Shown: positions 1 through 12,200, counted from the first letter of the whole stretch. The stretch is 63,266 nt of DNA, filler included, from Lenisia limosa (GCA_001655205.1; 8 parts of 8 records of this genome joined end to end with filler, not necessarily neighbours in it); one strand, 5' to 3'. The notes: generated by a model not told the origin, from the sequence alone. Translations and numbers: made by a program.

Positions 1-10
1 ATTATTTAGG

Positions 11-3000
11 GCCACGATCGGCTCCACGGGACTACAATGACGAAGGGAGCTTCCAACAGCAGGTAAGGTACTCATCAACTCGCGACCGGGCTTCATTCTT
101 GTTGCTAGGGCTTCACTTTCGGTTCCAGAAAAGACTGAATTCTGGATAAATCCTCGATATCTGTCATCATTTCATCAGTCTTTTGGAACCTAACGTGAAG
201 CTATGCCCTGTGATCTTTTACCAAATACAATGGCAGTGTATAACTGGGCGTATTGTGACCGTGGTAGGTTTCTTCTTAGCACCCTCCCCTGTGTTCTTCT
301 TTTCAACCCTCGCGTGTTTCTAGCCAACAGAGTTGATTTTGGGCTTCTTTTTTTTTTTTGCCTAAAAATTTCAATTTAACTTGCCCCCCCCCCCCTNNNN
401 NNNNNNNNNNNNNNNNNNNNNNNNNNNNNNNNNNNNNNNNNNNNNNNNNNNNNNNNNNNNNNNNNNNNNNNNNNNNNNNNAGCAATAAGTGACGAACTTA
501 GGGTTACGAGGGGCTAGCACAAGTCCGGTCATTTGAGGATCTGCGATCCACTTTGAGGCGAATTGACAGGCAGTCCTATCCAGTGAGTGTTGTAGATCGT
601 GTGATCACTTACTCTGAGAGCTTAGCTTTCGGTAACAAAAAATGAATTTTCGATCGATATTATATTTTGGAACTGAATGTGAGGTTCTGCTTATTCCATA
701 TTCAGCCCCCCCGCCCCATTCACAATAAAGGGCTACAAATCGCTCTACGGCAAGTGGACGGGACCTCACCACCTCCCTTATGAGTTGACTTTTGTGCATA
801 TCCAAGGTATGGGAGGGGGGGCTCCTTTTCATATCACATGTATTGATTTTATAATCTCTCTATCATATCACATCATAGCTACATGTATATGATATATTAT
901 ACTATACTACCTTGTATGTACATACATAATTATATGCATATGACATATATATATAATATAATTTTCACATAAAGTCTTATTTATTCAGTGTATATCATAT
1001 ATATACTACGTAATACACACTATTATATTTATGATATGTGAATGTAACCCCCCCAGGAGATGCCTATGCCGGCCCGTCCCGTTTGAAGCTCACACTGCCC
1101 CTTGTCATCAGCGGCTGGAACATGGTATAAATGGCACTGGTTTTGTCGTATCAGATATCATAATTCTTTTAAACCATTATATCACCTTATGAATATTATA
1201 CTGCATTATGATTCTGTTTCGTGACTAAAATTCCTTCCAACTCTTTCCCTCCAATAGAGCACCTTCCATAACCGGATCCGAGTTACAGCCCTATGCGACT
1301 ACCTCAACCGCTCCTTCTGCTCCAACGCTGACAACTTGTTGGGGAGGAGGGGTGACTGACAACTTGTTGGGGAGGAGGGGTTACTTGGGATGGTTCGCTT
1401 TTCGTACCGCAATCCCTTTAGCACACCAACCATATTGTCGTAATTCTCAACTCTCTTGTGTTGCTAGCCAGCAGAGTTGATTGTGGTTGTCTCCACCCCC
1501 CTCCCCCGACACATATAGGACCAAACCGAGACCCCTGAAAATTTAAATTCCAACTTTCAAAATTCCCTTGATTTTTATTCTTCAGACGTACAGAATTATC
1601 TACAAATAGCTATAATATACATATATATATGATATATGCATCAATCAGATGATATTCTATTATAGTATTCCAATCATCTTCCAATTTTACCCCCCCCCCC
1701 NNNNNNNNNNNNNNNNNNNNNNNNNNNNNNNNNNNNNNNNNNNNNNNNNNNNNNNNNNNNNNNNNNNNNNNNNNNNNNNNNNNNNNNNNNNNNNNNNNNN
1801 NNNNNNNNNNNNNNNNNNNNNNNNNNNNNNNNNNNNNNNNNNNNNNNNNNNNNNNNNNNNNNNNNNNNNNNNCCCCTCGCAGCATGTCCTGGAGAGAACC
1901 TCTGTGGGTAATTATGGGATTGTCCTGGAGAGAAACTCTTTGTGTAGTTGTGGGATTCTAGGGAATTCCCTAATCATAACACTCATTGCCCCACCCCCAG
2001 GTTGCCATTGTGGGTGATCGAATTGAAGTTCGGTTCACTTTTGCTCTTCCCGCTCAAGGTAAATGGCATTGATGTCACCCCCCTATTATCTTCGATACAA
2101 TTGGAATAAATTATCTTTTGAACAACCCCTCACAAGCTTATTTAACAGGACGCTCGATCATGGCGGATCATTGTGATCATGTCCTGGTTCAGTCCCTCCC
2201 AGAAGTGGTTTCAAGGTCCCTCATGCAGGCCNNNNNNNNNNNNNNNNNNNNNNNNNNNNNNNNNNNNNNNNNNNNNNNNNNNNNNNNNNNNNNNNNNNNN
2301 NNNNNNNNNNNNNNNNNNNNNNNNNNNNNNNNNNNNNNNNNNNNNNNNNNNNNNAGTAGATAAAAGCACATCGTTCTTTTTTACATAATATGAAAGCCAC
2401 TGCCGTTTAGGGGGTGATACTGTTTACTTGTCTTTTTCTCAGAAACCACGATCCAACTAGAAACTGAAATACTTACATCAAGTTTCCTTAAGAACGCCTC
2501 ATTGAGAGGTGTAGTACTAACTCCAAACAAAAGCACTGATAAATGATTGATACAATGTGACAAAAATAAAACGTAAAATTAATTGCGCTGCAAACAGTTA
2601 ATGACAAACGACGGCTTCTGTGCCAATGTTTGCCAGGGCGGCAAGTCTGTGGTTGCCGTCCACTACAACCATTTCGTCGTCAACCGGGACAACAGGATAG
2701 AGGAGCGATGGAGGCTGTCACGCGACTGGCCCATAATGGCAGCTCGCCGCAGGTCATATTTCCCACTTGGCAGAACTGAATTGTCTGAATTTGTCAAAAT
2801 AATCGCATTCTTCGGAAAAGGGGTAATATATCACATTAATACGTTTCATTCAAAACACTTAATATTACTATCTCGTACACTGGACTGGGGAGTCTACAAC
2901 TTCTGGGTGAGTAATGAGAAACCGCAGAACTTGCCGTTGGTTGTCCAGTTCGATGAAGGGGAAGAGGCCTGACAGCACGTTGAAGGATTGTGACAGGCTT

Positions 3001-6000
3001 TGAATTCGGAGAGAATGAAGCGCAGGAGTGGGTGTTCTGTCAGCTCTTTGCTGCGTTGGTGCCGGTCAAAGACTTCACGGCGTGCATGACGGTAACCCGG
3101 GCGCAGCGCAATATCCACTACCTGGTATGAAGGGTTGTGCATGAGGGTCCTGAGGGGGATGTGAGGCTGCAGCCTTTTTCTTTCCCAGAGCAGTCTGAAG
3201 AAGAAATGATAAGACAACAAAAAAGAAATCCAGTCCAATGCTAATAACGATCACAGGCTGTCGTGGCTCAGGTCCTCAGGGTCAAAGTCGCCACAACCAA
3301 GCATATAACTACCGCTCTTTAAATCTTCTCTGAACCCAAGAGTCATTGGAATAAGCTTCCTCTTGGATCATGGCTTTCTTTTTCGTTTGCATATTTTTTC
3401 TCACCTCGCCTTTCCAACGTTTTCAAGATGTTTTTTTGTATTTGTGACCGAAATGATAAAAAAACCATGTTCAAAAATGGTTACTCTCTTGCTGAATATG
3501 GTTTGTAGCTCTTTTATGCCCTTCGTTCATTAAGGATTGTTTACACTTTTGTATCACCATATCCGATTAAGGCACTCCTGTTTTTAAACCATCTTTAAGC
3601 TCCTTGGATAAGCTTATTAGTTCAACGTTGATTATTTATTTGCTTCTGTTCTGTGTTTCCTTCCGCTTTGTTCCTTAATGTGATATAGCTTGTACATGCA
3701 TCAACATGTTTATCGTGCTTTTTTTTATTATTGTTCTCCCTTTTTTTTATTGTTCTAGGCACATGAACCTTCAGAAGTGTTCAACTTCGTGACTCACATT
3801 GAAGACCAGGAATGGTTGAGACATCAACTCAAAGGTTGCCTGCGGCGGTATCATATGGGTGTACTATTTTATGGGAAGAAGGGGGAAAACACTTCTTCAT
3901 CATATTTTTTTTTTGTTGTTGTTGTTATTTCAAGTGACAATAGTGTTTCATTGTGTGGGATTGGCATATTTACCGATTAAAGCATAGTGCCCAGGAGAAC
4001 GTTGTCAAACTTCTTGGCATAGAGGTTCAGAAACCAATCAAGCCAACCCCTGCTTCAACAGACCTCACGGGCTCAAGGACAAAATCGTCAGGAATTTCAT
4101 CCTCTGAAGACGGCAGACCTGCCTGTTTTTTCTTGGTTGCCTTGAACGGCATCCCTTCCTGAGTGGTATTAACTTCAGTTTTCCACTGGATTATCAAATA
4201 AAACACCATAGTGCTTTTAGAGGTTGTACCTACCTCGCCTCCACAGGGGTTTCTTCAACCTAGTTAATAAATCTGGTTCTCAAAGAAAAATCGGTTGTTC
4301 TTCTAAAAGAAGTAAAGAATCCCCTCTCTTTTCACAAAACCCAACACTCACTACCAACCATCTCCTTAACTAGTCCTTCGGTCACAGTTTTACGTGTCTT
4401 ATGGGCTGTCGACGGAGTTGCATGTTAAAAACAAAAACAAACCAAGAAGAGATTCACGGCAGACATTTTCTGCCTTGGTCAGGATGCCAACCACACACGA
4501 GACTTTCAGGGGAAGCACTGTCTTCCACTCTGCTGGACTCAATTGTCTTTTTTGAGAGGAGGCTTAATATCACGGATTCCGAATTCAACCCGTCGGTCAG
4601 AGGCTATACATGGCTGTGGTAAAAAAATAGTGATAACCAAGTTCAGTGATGACTACAAACGTTGACCGCAAGAGAACTTCCTCCTCAGACTGGACGAACA
4701 AGTCAGGCAATACAAAAATCTGAGCAGTGCCACAGCAACCACGAAACAGGTTCATTCAAATATCAACATACCAATACGCCTTTGACTCAATTGAGGTAAA
4801 GCGTCAGTCATTACATCAGAAATACTCTTCCGATAATAATTTCTTTGAAAAAAATTTCACAGTTTTGCTAATTTTTAGGTTCTTGAGGTCTTATGACGCC
4901 ATTTATTCAAAAGTGACGGGATATATAAAAATGACGGGGTTTTGGAGCACGAGCATATTATTATTATATTATTTTATGTATTATTTTATTTAAATACTGT
5001 GACATACCTCTCTCACCACAACACTTTTATTAATAACTATTCAGGGTCACAGGTATCATTAATCGTTTTCTAATTCCTAAAGAAGTAAATCTCTAAAGAA
5101 GTAAACCTCACATCGTTTTGCAGCGGGGGGACAGATTCAGCTAAAAGGTCCCTTACATAGCTAGTAAACTTCTCCTTGATAAACTCTTTGTCATCAAATG
5201 TCTTGAAACTGACCAATTCACCACCGGTTCTGTAACCATTTCCTAAACCTGTATTCTTGGTTCGATTACCCTTAAGAACTGTAACTATGACACTGAAACC
5301 AGCTGTCTGCGGTACTTTTACAAGGCCAACCATGAGTGGTTGTTTAATTAGTTATTGGATTCTTTTTTGGTTGATATTGGATATATTACTTGATTTGATA
5401 CACCTATCATTGTAGTTGTGGTTACACAAACTCCGGGTCTATTTGGTTCTGAGAATCCCGTAAACATCGTATTATGTGATAGATCTCTCAATAATTTTTT
5501 GCAATTAATCAACGTGAAAGATACATAGAAAAATATCAAGATGCTCACTCCTCAAAGGACCTTCCTTGAAGATAACTTGATGATCAAAAAACTCACTCTC
5601 GTATGGGCGTCTTATATTTTATCCTAGGAGATGATGAAGTAGGACGGGGAGGGGTAATGGAGGAATGGTGGCTACTCCGCCCCTGCTGAAGAAACTGGGC
5701 AAATATGTAGCTGACGAGTAGCACGCGGCAACACAGAATACTTCTTTCCAGTCTTCTCTTCCTCCTCCCAGAAATGTAGCGTCGTCTATCTCCGGTCTTG
5801 TCCGATTGAAAACCACAAAAACCGGCGTACCTTTCCAATCTTCTTTNNNNNNNNNNNNNNNNNNNNNNNNNNNNNNNNNNNNNNNNNNNNNNNNNNNNNN
5901 NNNNNNNNNNNNNNNNNNNNNNNNNNNNNNNNNNNNNNNNNNNNNNNNNNNNNNNNNNNNNNNNNNNNNNNNNNNNNNNNNTTTGTTGGCTGATTGTTTG

Positions 6001-6240
6001 TCATATTGATATATGATAATATAATATACATGTTCATATATTATGTGTTATTTCAGGAATGCATAAGTGCGTTTTTTTTTTAGTTTTCGTTATATTCTTT
6101 TAAACTTTTAATTCGCTCTTTGAATTGTCCAATTTACTAGCCTAGAATGGAACAGTGTCTCATTTGTGTGCTCGCACGCAATCCTGCCCCGACTCTCGGG
6201 GGTGTCCGACAAGCCCATGGACTCGGCTGTTGCCGTCAAA
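11..6240 (+). CDS. ABC-class ATPase (COG3044 / Pfam ABC_ATPase-like), N-terminal half, multi-exon, partial at both ends
   Basis: Spliced exons give LRSTLRRIDRQSYP-GYKSLYG, HIQ-GDAYAGPSRLKL, RIRVTALCDYLNR, HVLERTSV-VAIVGDRIEVRFTFALPAQ-GRSI, EDQEWLRHQLK (3759-3834) and AILPRLSGVSDKPM (6146-6240), in the order I recall for this family. The P-loop part would lie beyond the contig end at 6279. Confidence 0.75.
106..203. mobile_element. MITE family 1 copy (hAT-like, ~95 bp)
   Basis: Imperfect TIRs TAGGGCTTCACTTTCGGTTCCAGAAAAGACTG ... CAGTCTTTTGGAACCTAACGTGAAGCTA; intronic. Confidence 0.65.
302..396 (+). repeat. Dispersed hairpin repeat family 3 (core GCCAACAGAGTTGATTTTGGG, then T-run and C-run)
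   Basis: Same core at 1443-1490 (+), 25225-25303 (+), 27062-27156 (-), 62897-62920 (-). Confidence 0.65.
2380..3470 (-). CDS. Nested coding-like segment with a ParB-like VVDGNHR motif; strand and frame unresolved, possibly a pseudogene
   Basis: GC-rich exon-like blocks with minus-strand acceptor/donor pairs (e.g. exon 2476-2534); ORF 2894-3238(-). Frame switches are needed to join the blocks. Confidence 0.3.
4027..6005 (-). CDS. Hypothetical multi-exon protein nested in intron 3835-6145 of the ABC-ATPase gene
   Basis: About 10 GT-AG-bounded minus-strand exons (e.g. FLGGGREDWKEVFCVAAC, GELVSFKTFDDKEFIKEKF, IFVLPDLFVQSEEEVLL, last exon ...EPVRSVEAGVGLIGF*); no family recognised. Confidence 0.55.
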
Positions 6241-6279
6241 GTGAGTGGTGAAGAGAATAAAAACAATGACCTAAATGGA

Positions 6280-6379
6280 NNNNNNNNNNNNNNNNNNNNN
6301 NNNNNNNNNNNNNNNNNNNNNNNTTAATTAATTAANNNNNNNNNNNNNNNNNNNNNNNNNNNNNNNNNNNNNNNNNNNN
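6280..6379. other. Artificial contig spacer
   Basis: 44 N + TTAATTAATTAA (stops in six frames) + 44 N. Confidence 0.97.

Positions 6380-6432
<53 letters not shown>
6380..6432. repeat. (CT)n microsatellite at contig edge
   Basis: Perfect dinucleotide run. Confidence 0.95.
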
Positions 6433-6434
<2 letters not shown>

Positions 6435-7778
6435 CACCGTTACGGATCACTTCGGCTAAAGCAGCCATGGAAGCGGTGACGATCTCCTGGCTGTCCAAAT
6501 TGGTCTGTGAAGATGAGTGTTTAAATGTCATTATGCTTTTTATTGGTATACTATATACAGTAACCAGGAAAAGTCTTGACCGATTGTCCTGGGAAATCAT
6601 TGAGCAAATTAGCCCGGTCACAATATATAGCAATGAGACATACATGTATATAAAAAAAAACAAGGTTGTATCTGGCCGAAGCCTTATGGGTAACTTGTAA
6701 GATATTGGATTATAGTATAATATTAGTTCACCCAATCATTTAAAATCTAAAAGAATATACCCCAGCACCCCAACCCACCACTAAAACCTGGACAATATCA
6801 AGATCGACCTCCTTCTCGGCAAGAGCGGCCGCGTGTTTGGCTTCTGCGTGGTCAATGCTCTCAAAATAATCATATTTAACTTCTAAAGCTGTCAAAACTA
6901 TCATTTCTTTCTAATTTCAATAGTTAATAACGGAAGCAAGAAGAAGTTGCCACAGCAATAGAATGGGAAACGAAGGTTCAATTAAATGTTATTTTCTTCT
7001 TGCTCAAAACATGCCTTCTATACATTGCGGTGAATATCCCATTAATCCATCACCAAACGCGGAAGTATTAATGTATAATTATTCTTGTTCTAATCAAGAT
7101 TGAACAATCTGGTAGATTTAAACATTAATTTGCTAAAACATGTATAAATGAGAGAAGAATAAGTCCTATCTCGCCAAAGCCGTCCACACCATCGTTCTTA
7201 TAAGAGATACTGAATTAGCACAGTATTAATTTTCTCAATGTTGTTTATTACAACTCCACTTTTGTGATAGTGAAACAAAAATGGGGGGAAAATACAAGCG
7301 CAAATATGTTGTTTATCAAGCAAGCGCAAAGATGTTGTTTATAGAAAGCAAAGTCATTTAATTTAATGATAGAAAGAAAACTGAAAAAAAGAAGCAACCG
7401 CATTGTCAGTTCAAGGGGGAAGAGAAAAAAAAAAGCTCAAAAGGAGAATAAGGGAATGTCCAAACAACCCCCACCTTTAATTGTTGCAAGTTGATTGAAA
7501 ACCTCAATAGCTTGGGGAATATCAGTGACACCAGTCTTAGCGAAGATCGATACGGATTGTCCTATAGTGTCAGAAGAGGAAGAAGTTAACCGATACTTAC
7601 CAAGCTTATTGACGTCTTCTATCGTTAAATCGTCATTGGCTGTGACTGAAGACTAAAAAGGTAACAAAAGAAAAGAGATAGGAACCAAAACAGCTTGATG
7701 AGGCCAGCCACACCAACTCACCAGGAATGAAAATAATAAGGCTATAAATCCCAGCGTATATATGATAGACTTAGTCAT
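6430..7778 (-). CDS. Hypothetical secreted protein, 3'-partial
   Basis: MTKSIIYTLGFIALLFSFL signal-like start, then exons SSVTANDDLTIEDVNKL, GQSVSIFAKTGVTDIPQAIEVFNQLATIK, ESIDHAEAKHAAALAEKEVDLDIVQ, TNLDSQEIVTASMAALAEVIRN; divergent from the eIF4H-like gene. Confidence 0.55.
6663..6742 (-). repeat. Intron repeat family 2 copy (introner-like)
   Basis: AAATGATTGGGTGAACTAATATT..AATCCAATATC..GGCTTCGGCCAGATACA on the host sense strand. Confidence 0.7.
7133..7240 (-). repeat. Intron repeat family 2 copy
   Basis: ..TATCTCTTATAAG..GTGTGGACGGCTTTGGCGAGATAGGACTTATTCTTCTCTCATT.. ending at TTTTAG. Confidence 0.65.
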
Positions 7779-7918
7779 TTTGCTGTCCTTAAAATTCCAT
7801 AAAAATTTTCGGATTATACATTCGATAAAACCACCGATATTTTTCGATAAATTTGGGTATTTTAATTTCAAAGGTTTTCAAATCACCCTTTTATTTCAAA
7901 ATGCCGAAGAAACAGACT

Positions 7919-8745
7919 ATGTCACTTGACCAGTTCAAGAGCTGGGGAGATCAGGCTGGAGACGCTCCTCTCGAGTAAGTTTTGCTGGTATTTCCGCGCC
8001 ATTGTCACTAACATTGTTTAGAAGCGAAGCAAGTGCTTCATACAACACCGGTATGTGATTGTTGAAGATTATTCGTTCAAAAAACCTTTTCATTTTTATT
8101 CGAATTGTCTTGTTTTGGTCTGTTAACCCTTTAAGAACTCCCCACTGCCCCTGGTGGTGGCCGTGGATACGGTGCCAGCGGTGGTGACGGCTACGATCGC
8201 CCTAAGAACCCTCTCCCCGATAGTCCCCNNNNNNNNNNNNNNNNNNNNNNNNNNNNNNNNNNNNNNNNNNNNNNNNNNNNNNNNNNNNNNNNNNNNNNNN
8301 NNTGCTGTAGTATGCAAAGGTTTTTTTTTCTGAAGACAAGATATTCAATTTTGATTTGTTTTTGTTGACTCCTTTAGGAGGCTGATATCATGGGTTTCTT
8401 TGATGGACTTGCTGTTAAGTCCATTCGCATTGTCATGGATCAGGACAGACGGCCTAAGGTGAGTCTAGACCCATGCTAATGTAGCTCTCTTCCCCTTCGC
8501 GCGCCACTGCCACTCTAAAGGCGTTAAATGATGGTATTTAGGGCTATGCTTACGTTGAGTTCGCGAGCCGCGAAGACCTTGAGAACGCTCTCTTGGCTAA
8601 TGACTACCCCATTCTTGATCGCAAGGTCCGCGTTGATGTCGCTGCTGCTCGCACCAACGACCGTCCCGGACGCCGTAAGGGGGATATCATCGGATGGGCT
8701 TGGATTCCGTCGTCAATCTTCTCATCAGCTCTGTTGTGCTAAAGC
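7919..8745 (+). CDS. eIF4B/eIF4H-like RRM protein
   Basis: MSLDQFKSWGDQ..; RRM EADIMGFFDGLAVKSIRIVMDQDRRPK-GYAYVEFASREDLENALLANDYPILDRKVRVDVA with RNP1 KGYAYVEF; 3' end uncertain. Confidence 0.75.
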
Positions 8746-9113
8746 GTGGTTTATGTGGGTGAGGATGGCAATGGACAAGAGCCCGATATTTTTTGAGATT
8801 CTAATCTTGTTACTCGCACCCCGATCCGCTTAGTCGGATTCAGGACTTCCTTATTCATTCTCTGTTACCATTTTACTCCTTTTTGATTATCATCCTGTTG
8901 TCAAGTTTGAAAGTGTTGGTCATGTTTAGTATTATTTTTTATTTTTTTTGGTCCGTCCAAATAGTATAACAAGACAGTGCTATTAATAGGACGGGACCTA
9001 AGTGATTTGTTCATGCTTGTCAATTTGCTTGTCAATTTCCTTCATTTCATCCACGCATTCGCCAGTGTCAGCATTTTCCTTCGTTTTACTCTGTTCCCCA
9101 ATGCTTAGCCAAC

Positions 9114-9213
9114 NNNNNNNNNNNNNNNNNNNNNNNNNNNNNNNNNNNNNNNNNNNNTTAATTAATTAANNNNNNNNNNNNNNNNNNNNNNNNNNNNNNN
9201 NNNNNNNNNNNNN
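9114..9213. other. Artificial contig spacer
   Basis: 44 N + TTAATTAATTAA + 44 N. Confidence 0.97.
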
Positions 9214-9264
9214 GAAGTAATTGTATTTCTTTTCATAACCTCACAAAATTTTCGATCCACTCAC

Positions 9265-12200
9265 CTTCGTCGCGCAGAGGAGTCTGAAACATCCGAATGC
9301 AGGTAATGGCTGGAGTAGTTGCTGCGTGTACGCGACCGTAGCCCTGATCTTCTAAACCCATTAAAACAACATCTTGAGGCTGATTTTGTTGATTGTCATA
9401 CTATATCTAAAACTGACTGTTTTTAATTGCTTTAAGAAGTGAATACATGCCTCATCGTCTGTTGCAATTTGACTATCATATAATATAATTAAACCCCGTG
9501 TTTAATGTAGAAANNNNNNNNNNNNNNNNNNNNNNNNNNNNNNNNNNNNNNNNNNNNNNNNNNNNNNNNNNNNNNNNNNNNNNNNNNNNNNNNNNNNNNN
9601 NNNNNNNNNNNNNNNNNNNNNNNNNNNNNNNNNNNNNNNNNNNNNNNNNNNNNNNNNNNNNNNNNNNNNNNNNNNNNNNNNNNTGGTGAAGATAGGTCCA
9701 CACTGATCTTGATTCCTCCCTTGGCAGACCGTCTAAGTGATCAACAACATTTTGAGGTTCGTATAAGATCACATTTACATGGACCTAACATTGTCCAATA
9801 CATTAATCTGGGTAGATATTTTCAAAGAAAAAACAATAATAGAAAAATCCAAAAGTGTCATGCTGGACAACTGATACGTACTTTGCATCATGCGCGGCAA
9901 GGCGACACGCAATTGCGCGTGCTTGTTGAGATGCCACCGCCCTTCGGAGCGCTGATGTGTTAGTTGGGAAATCTCTTTGAAACCCTAAAAGCCCTCTCTT
10001 GGGATTATTGCGTCAGTAGAAGAGTATTTTTGCCACAGGCCAACTTAAACCAATCTGCAACCATCCAGAAAGGTGGAATGGGGACAAAGTAAATAAATAA
10101 GTAATAACTAAGACATCCACATCACCATATGTATTTGTACCTAATATATTACATCCATATGATACACTACATGCCCCCAAGGTAGAAAGAATTTGGGTTG
10201 TGTCTGGCCAAAAGCCAACCACACAAGGTATATTGGATTTGGTGCTCCAGTATACCTCTTTTGACGTAAAAGGAAATAATAGCCGAGGCTGCAACCGCAA
10301 AGACCACCTGTTTCATCAGATAACAAATGAGATCTTTCATCCGTATTTTTGCTTTTGATCAAAGAAGTATCTCTTACACTTTACTTGCCTGGAGCCAATT
10401 GACTTACCTGGACTACCAACATGATGGTGGTTGTTGGAGAATCACTGTTCTTCATATCTTCAACATTGGAAAGGGAACTAGAAAGTCAATTTTGAAACAA
10501 AACCATCACAGGCCTCACCCCACTTACGATCCAACCATAGTCAATAGGATAATTTCAGGCAACATTCCTGGGGTGTTAGATACGAAAGACAGGTAAGGGG
10601 TCAAAAATTCCAGCTACATTTCGACATTTCGAAGATTTTTCAAAACACAAGCCCCCGAGACAAGGAAACAATGTACGAACTAAACAGCAATATCATTTCA
10701 TGATAACTCCAAATACCTGGGAAAGTAGCAGCAACATAGTCAATGAATCGGATACTGGTACTTCCGCTCAGCCCATTGGTCACCGAAAATGGTATTGGAG
10801 ACATTCGAATAAGATACACAATCCGCCGTGCGTTCTGAATGGTGAAATCTGACGATTCCTCCATCTCTATCGCAAAGATGAAAGAAATCCTGTTATTTGC
10901 ATTCTGAAACACCACTCTCTTACCTCTTCAATTGCACCAAAATATATAAGCATTGAAGGGTTCTTTTGGAACTGTCCACGAATCCAACCCTATAGGATAA
11001 AAAGATACACTTGTAAAAGGTGTGGAAATTGTAGAATTTCCACATAGTATAACGAGGTCAAACCTTGAGAAATAGTCGCGAGCAAAAGAAGCCGAAAAAA
11101 CTTCCAATATTTGCCGCACATATGGCAAGAATAACGCCATAGCCCCAGCCTATACGGTTAAAAAAAATAAGTGTAGTTGACAAAAAAACCTGAAAAGAGC
11201 TGCATACCAGGATTGGTCAAACACCGATAAAAATAGATATCATATACTATATGGGACAATAATCAATTTTGATCAGAACGGGGTAAACCTTAAATTGCTG
11301 TTGCCCACCGTAAAGCATGCCGCAACACATAATAAAAAACGAATGACCCTGCATGAGAGGAAATCCACCACATACGATTATTCCACCTGCAAGGGTTAGA
11401 GTAAGTAACATGAAATAAAAAAAAACTTGAGTCAACATAGAATTTTTGTAACAAGAACTATTCAATTTTGAAAGTCGCTTGCATTTAAACAAGTCCTTAT
11501 TTCTTCTCAGCTTCTAATTTCTTCATTATAGTGACATCATATTCACTTTATTAAAAAGAAATGTGCCTACCAAGTACAAACGGACCAATCCACCCAAGAC
11601 TGTCTACGAAGTCCATTATTGTGGAGAGTATATGGAAGAAGTCAAGAACCTAGACTGGTTAACAACATGCTAACTGCCACCAATTGGATAAAAGACTTAC
11701 CACAAAGAAGAGAAAGTAAATGCCGAAACCAATAGTGACTGCGGAGATTATCATGAAGATGACTTTCTTTCTTGCACGCTTCTTATCGCTTTTTGTCATT
11801 TGGTCAACAATTTCTAAACTTGGCATCCCTGTTTCCCCAGAAGCCAGAGGGGGCTTTTTGGGACCTTTATCAGGCTGGTGTGCTTCGATCCATTCGGTAT
11901 CTCCCTTTCCTTCACCATCTGTAACATTAAAATGATTGCGTATGGCCAACACTCTAAAACAATAATTATAACATAGTAAAAAGCAATAGTAAAAAGCAAT
12001 AACCATTGAAATGTCAGACCTAATGACTCGTTATGAATGGCCTGCACCGTAATCATGCGCTGCATTTCGGTAGAAACTCGGGGCCTTAGTGCTGTCAATC
12101 TCACAGACCAAATATAAACATAACATACATGTATTATTTCACAAGGATATGTTCATGACCAAGTCTGTCTAGTTGCCCATGAATGGGTTTTGACATTTCT

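Noticed and set aside
2583-3330. + strand exons (LDWGVYNFW, GFEFGENEAQEW) as scrambled C-terminal exons of the ABC-ATPase
   Set aside because: Only fleeting similarity; the conserved P-loop and DEDT motifs are absent and order would be violated
7030-7095. In-frame TAA (7079-7081) suggesting stop-codon reassignment
   Set aside because: Exon boundaries here are uncertain, and well-supported genes end in TAA (SDR) or TAG (IFT140, DNase II) with no internal stops in conserved exons
8999-9380. One gene continuing across the 9114-9213 spacer
   Set aside because: Spacer is artificial and the phase does not give a convincing continuation
10013-10300. ORF as the last exon of the TMEM64-like gene
   Set aside because: Splicing 10255>9951 continues in frame (YVKR-ALRRAV); this stretch is intron containing a family 2 repeat
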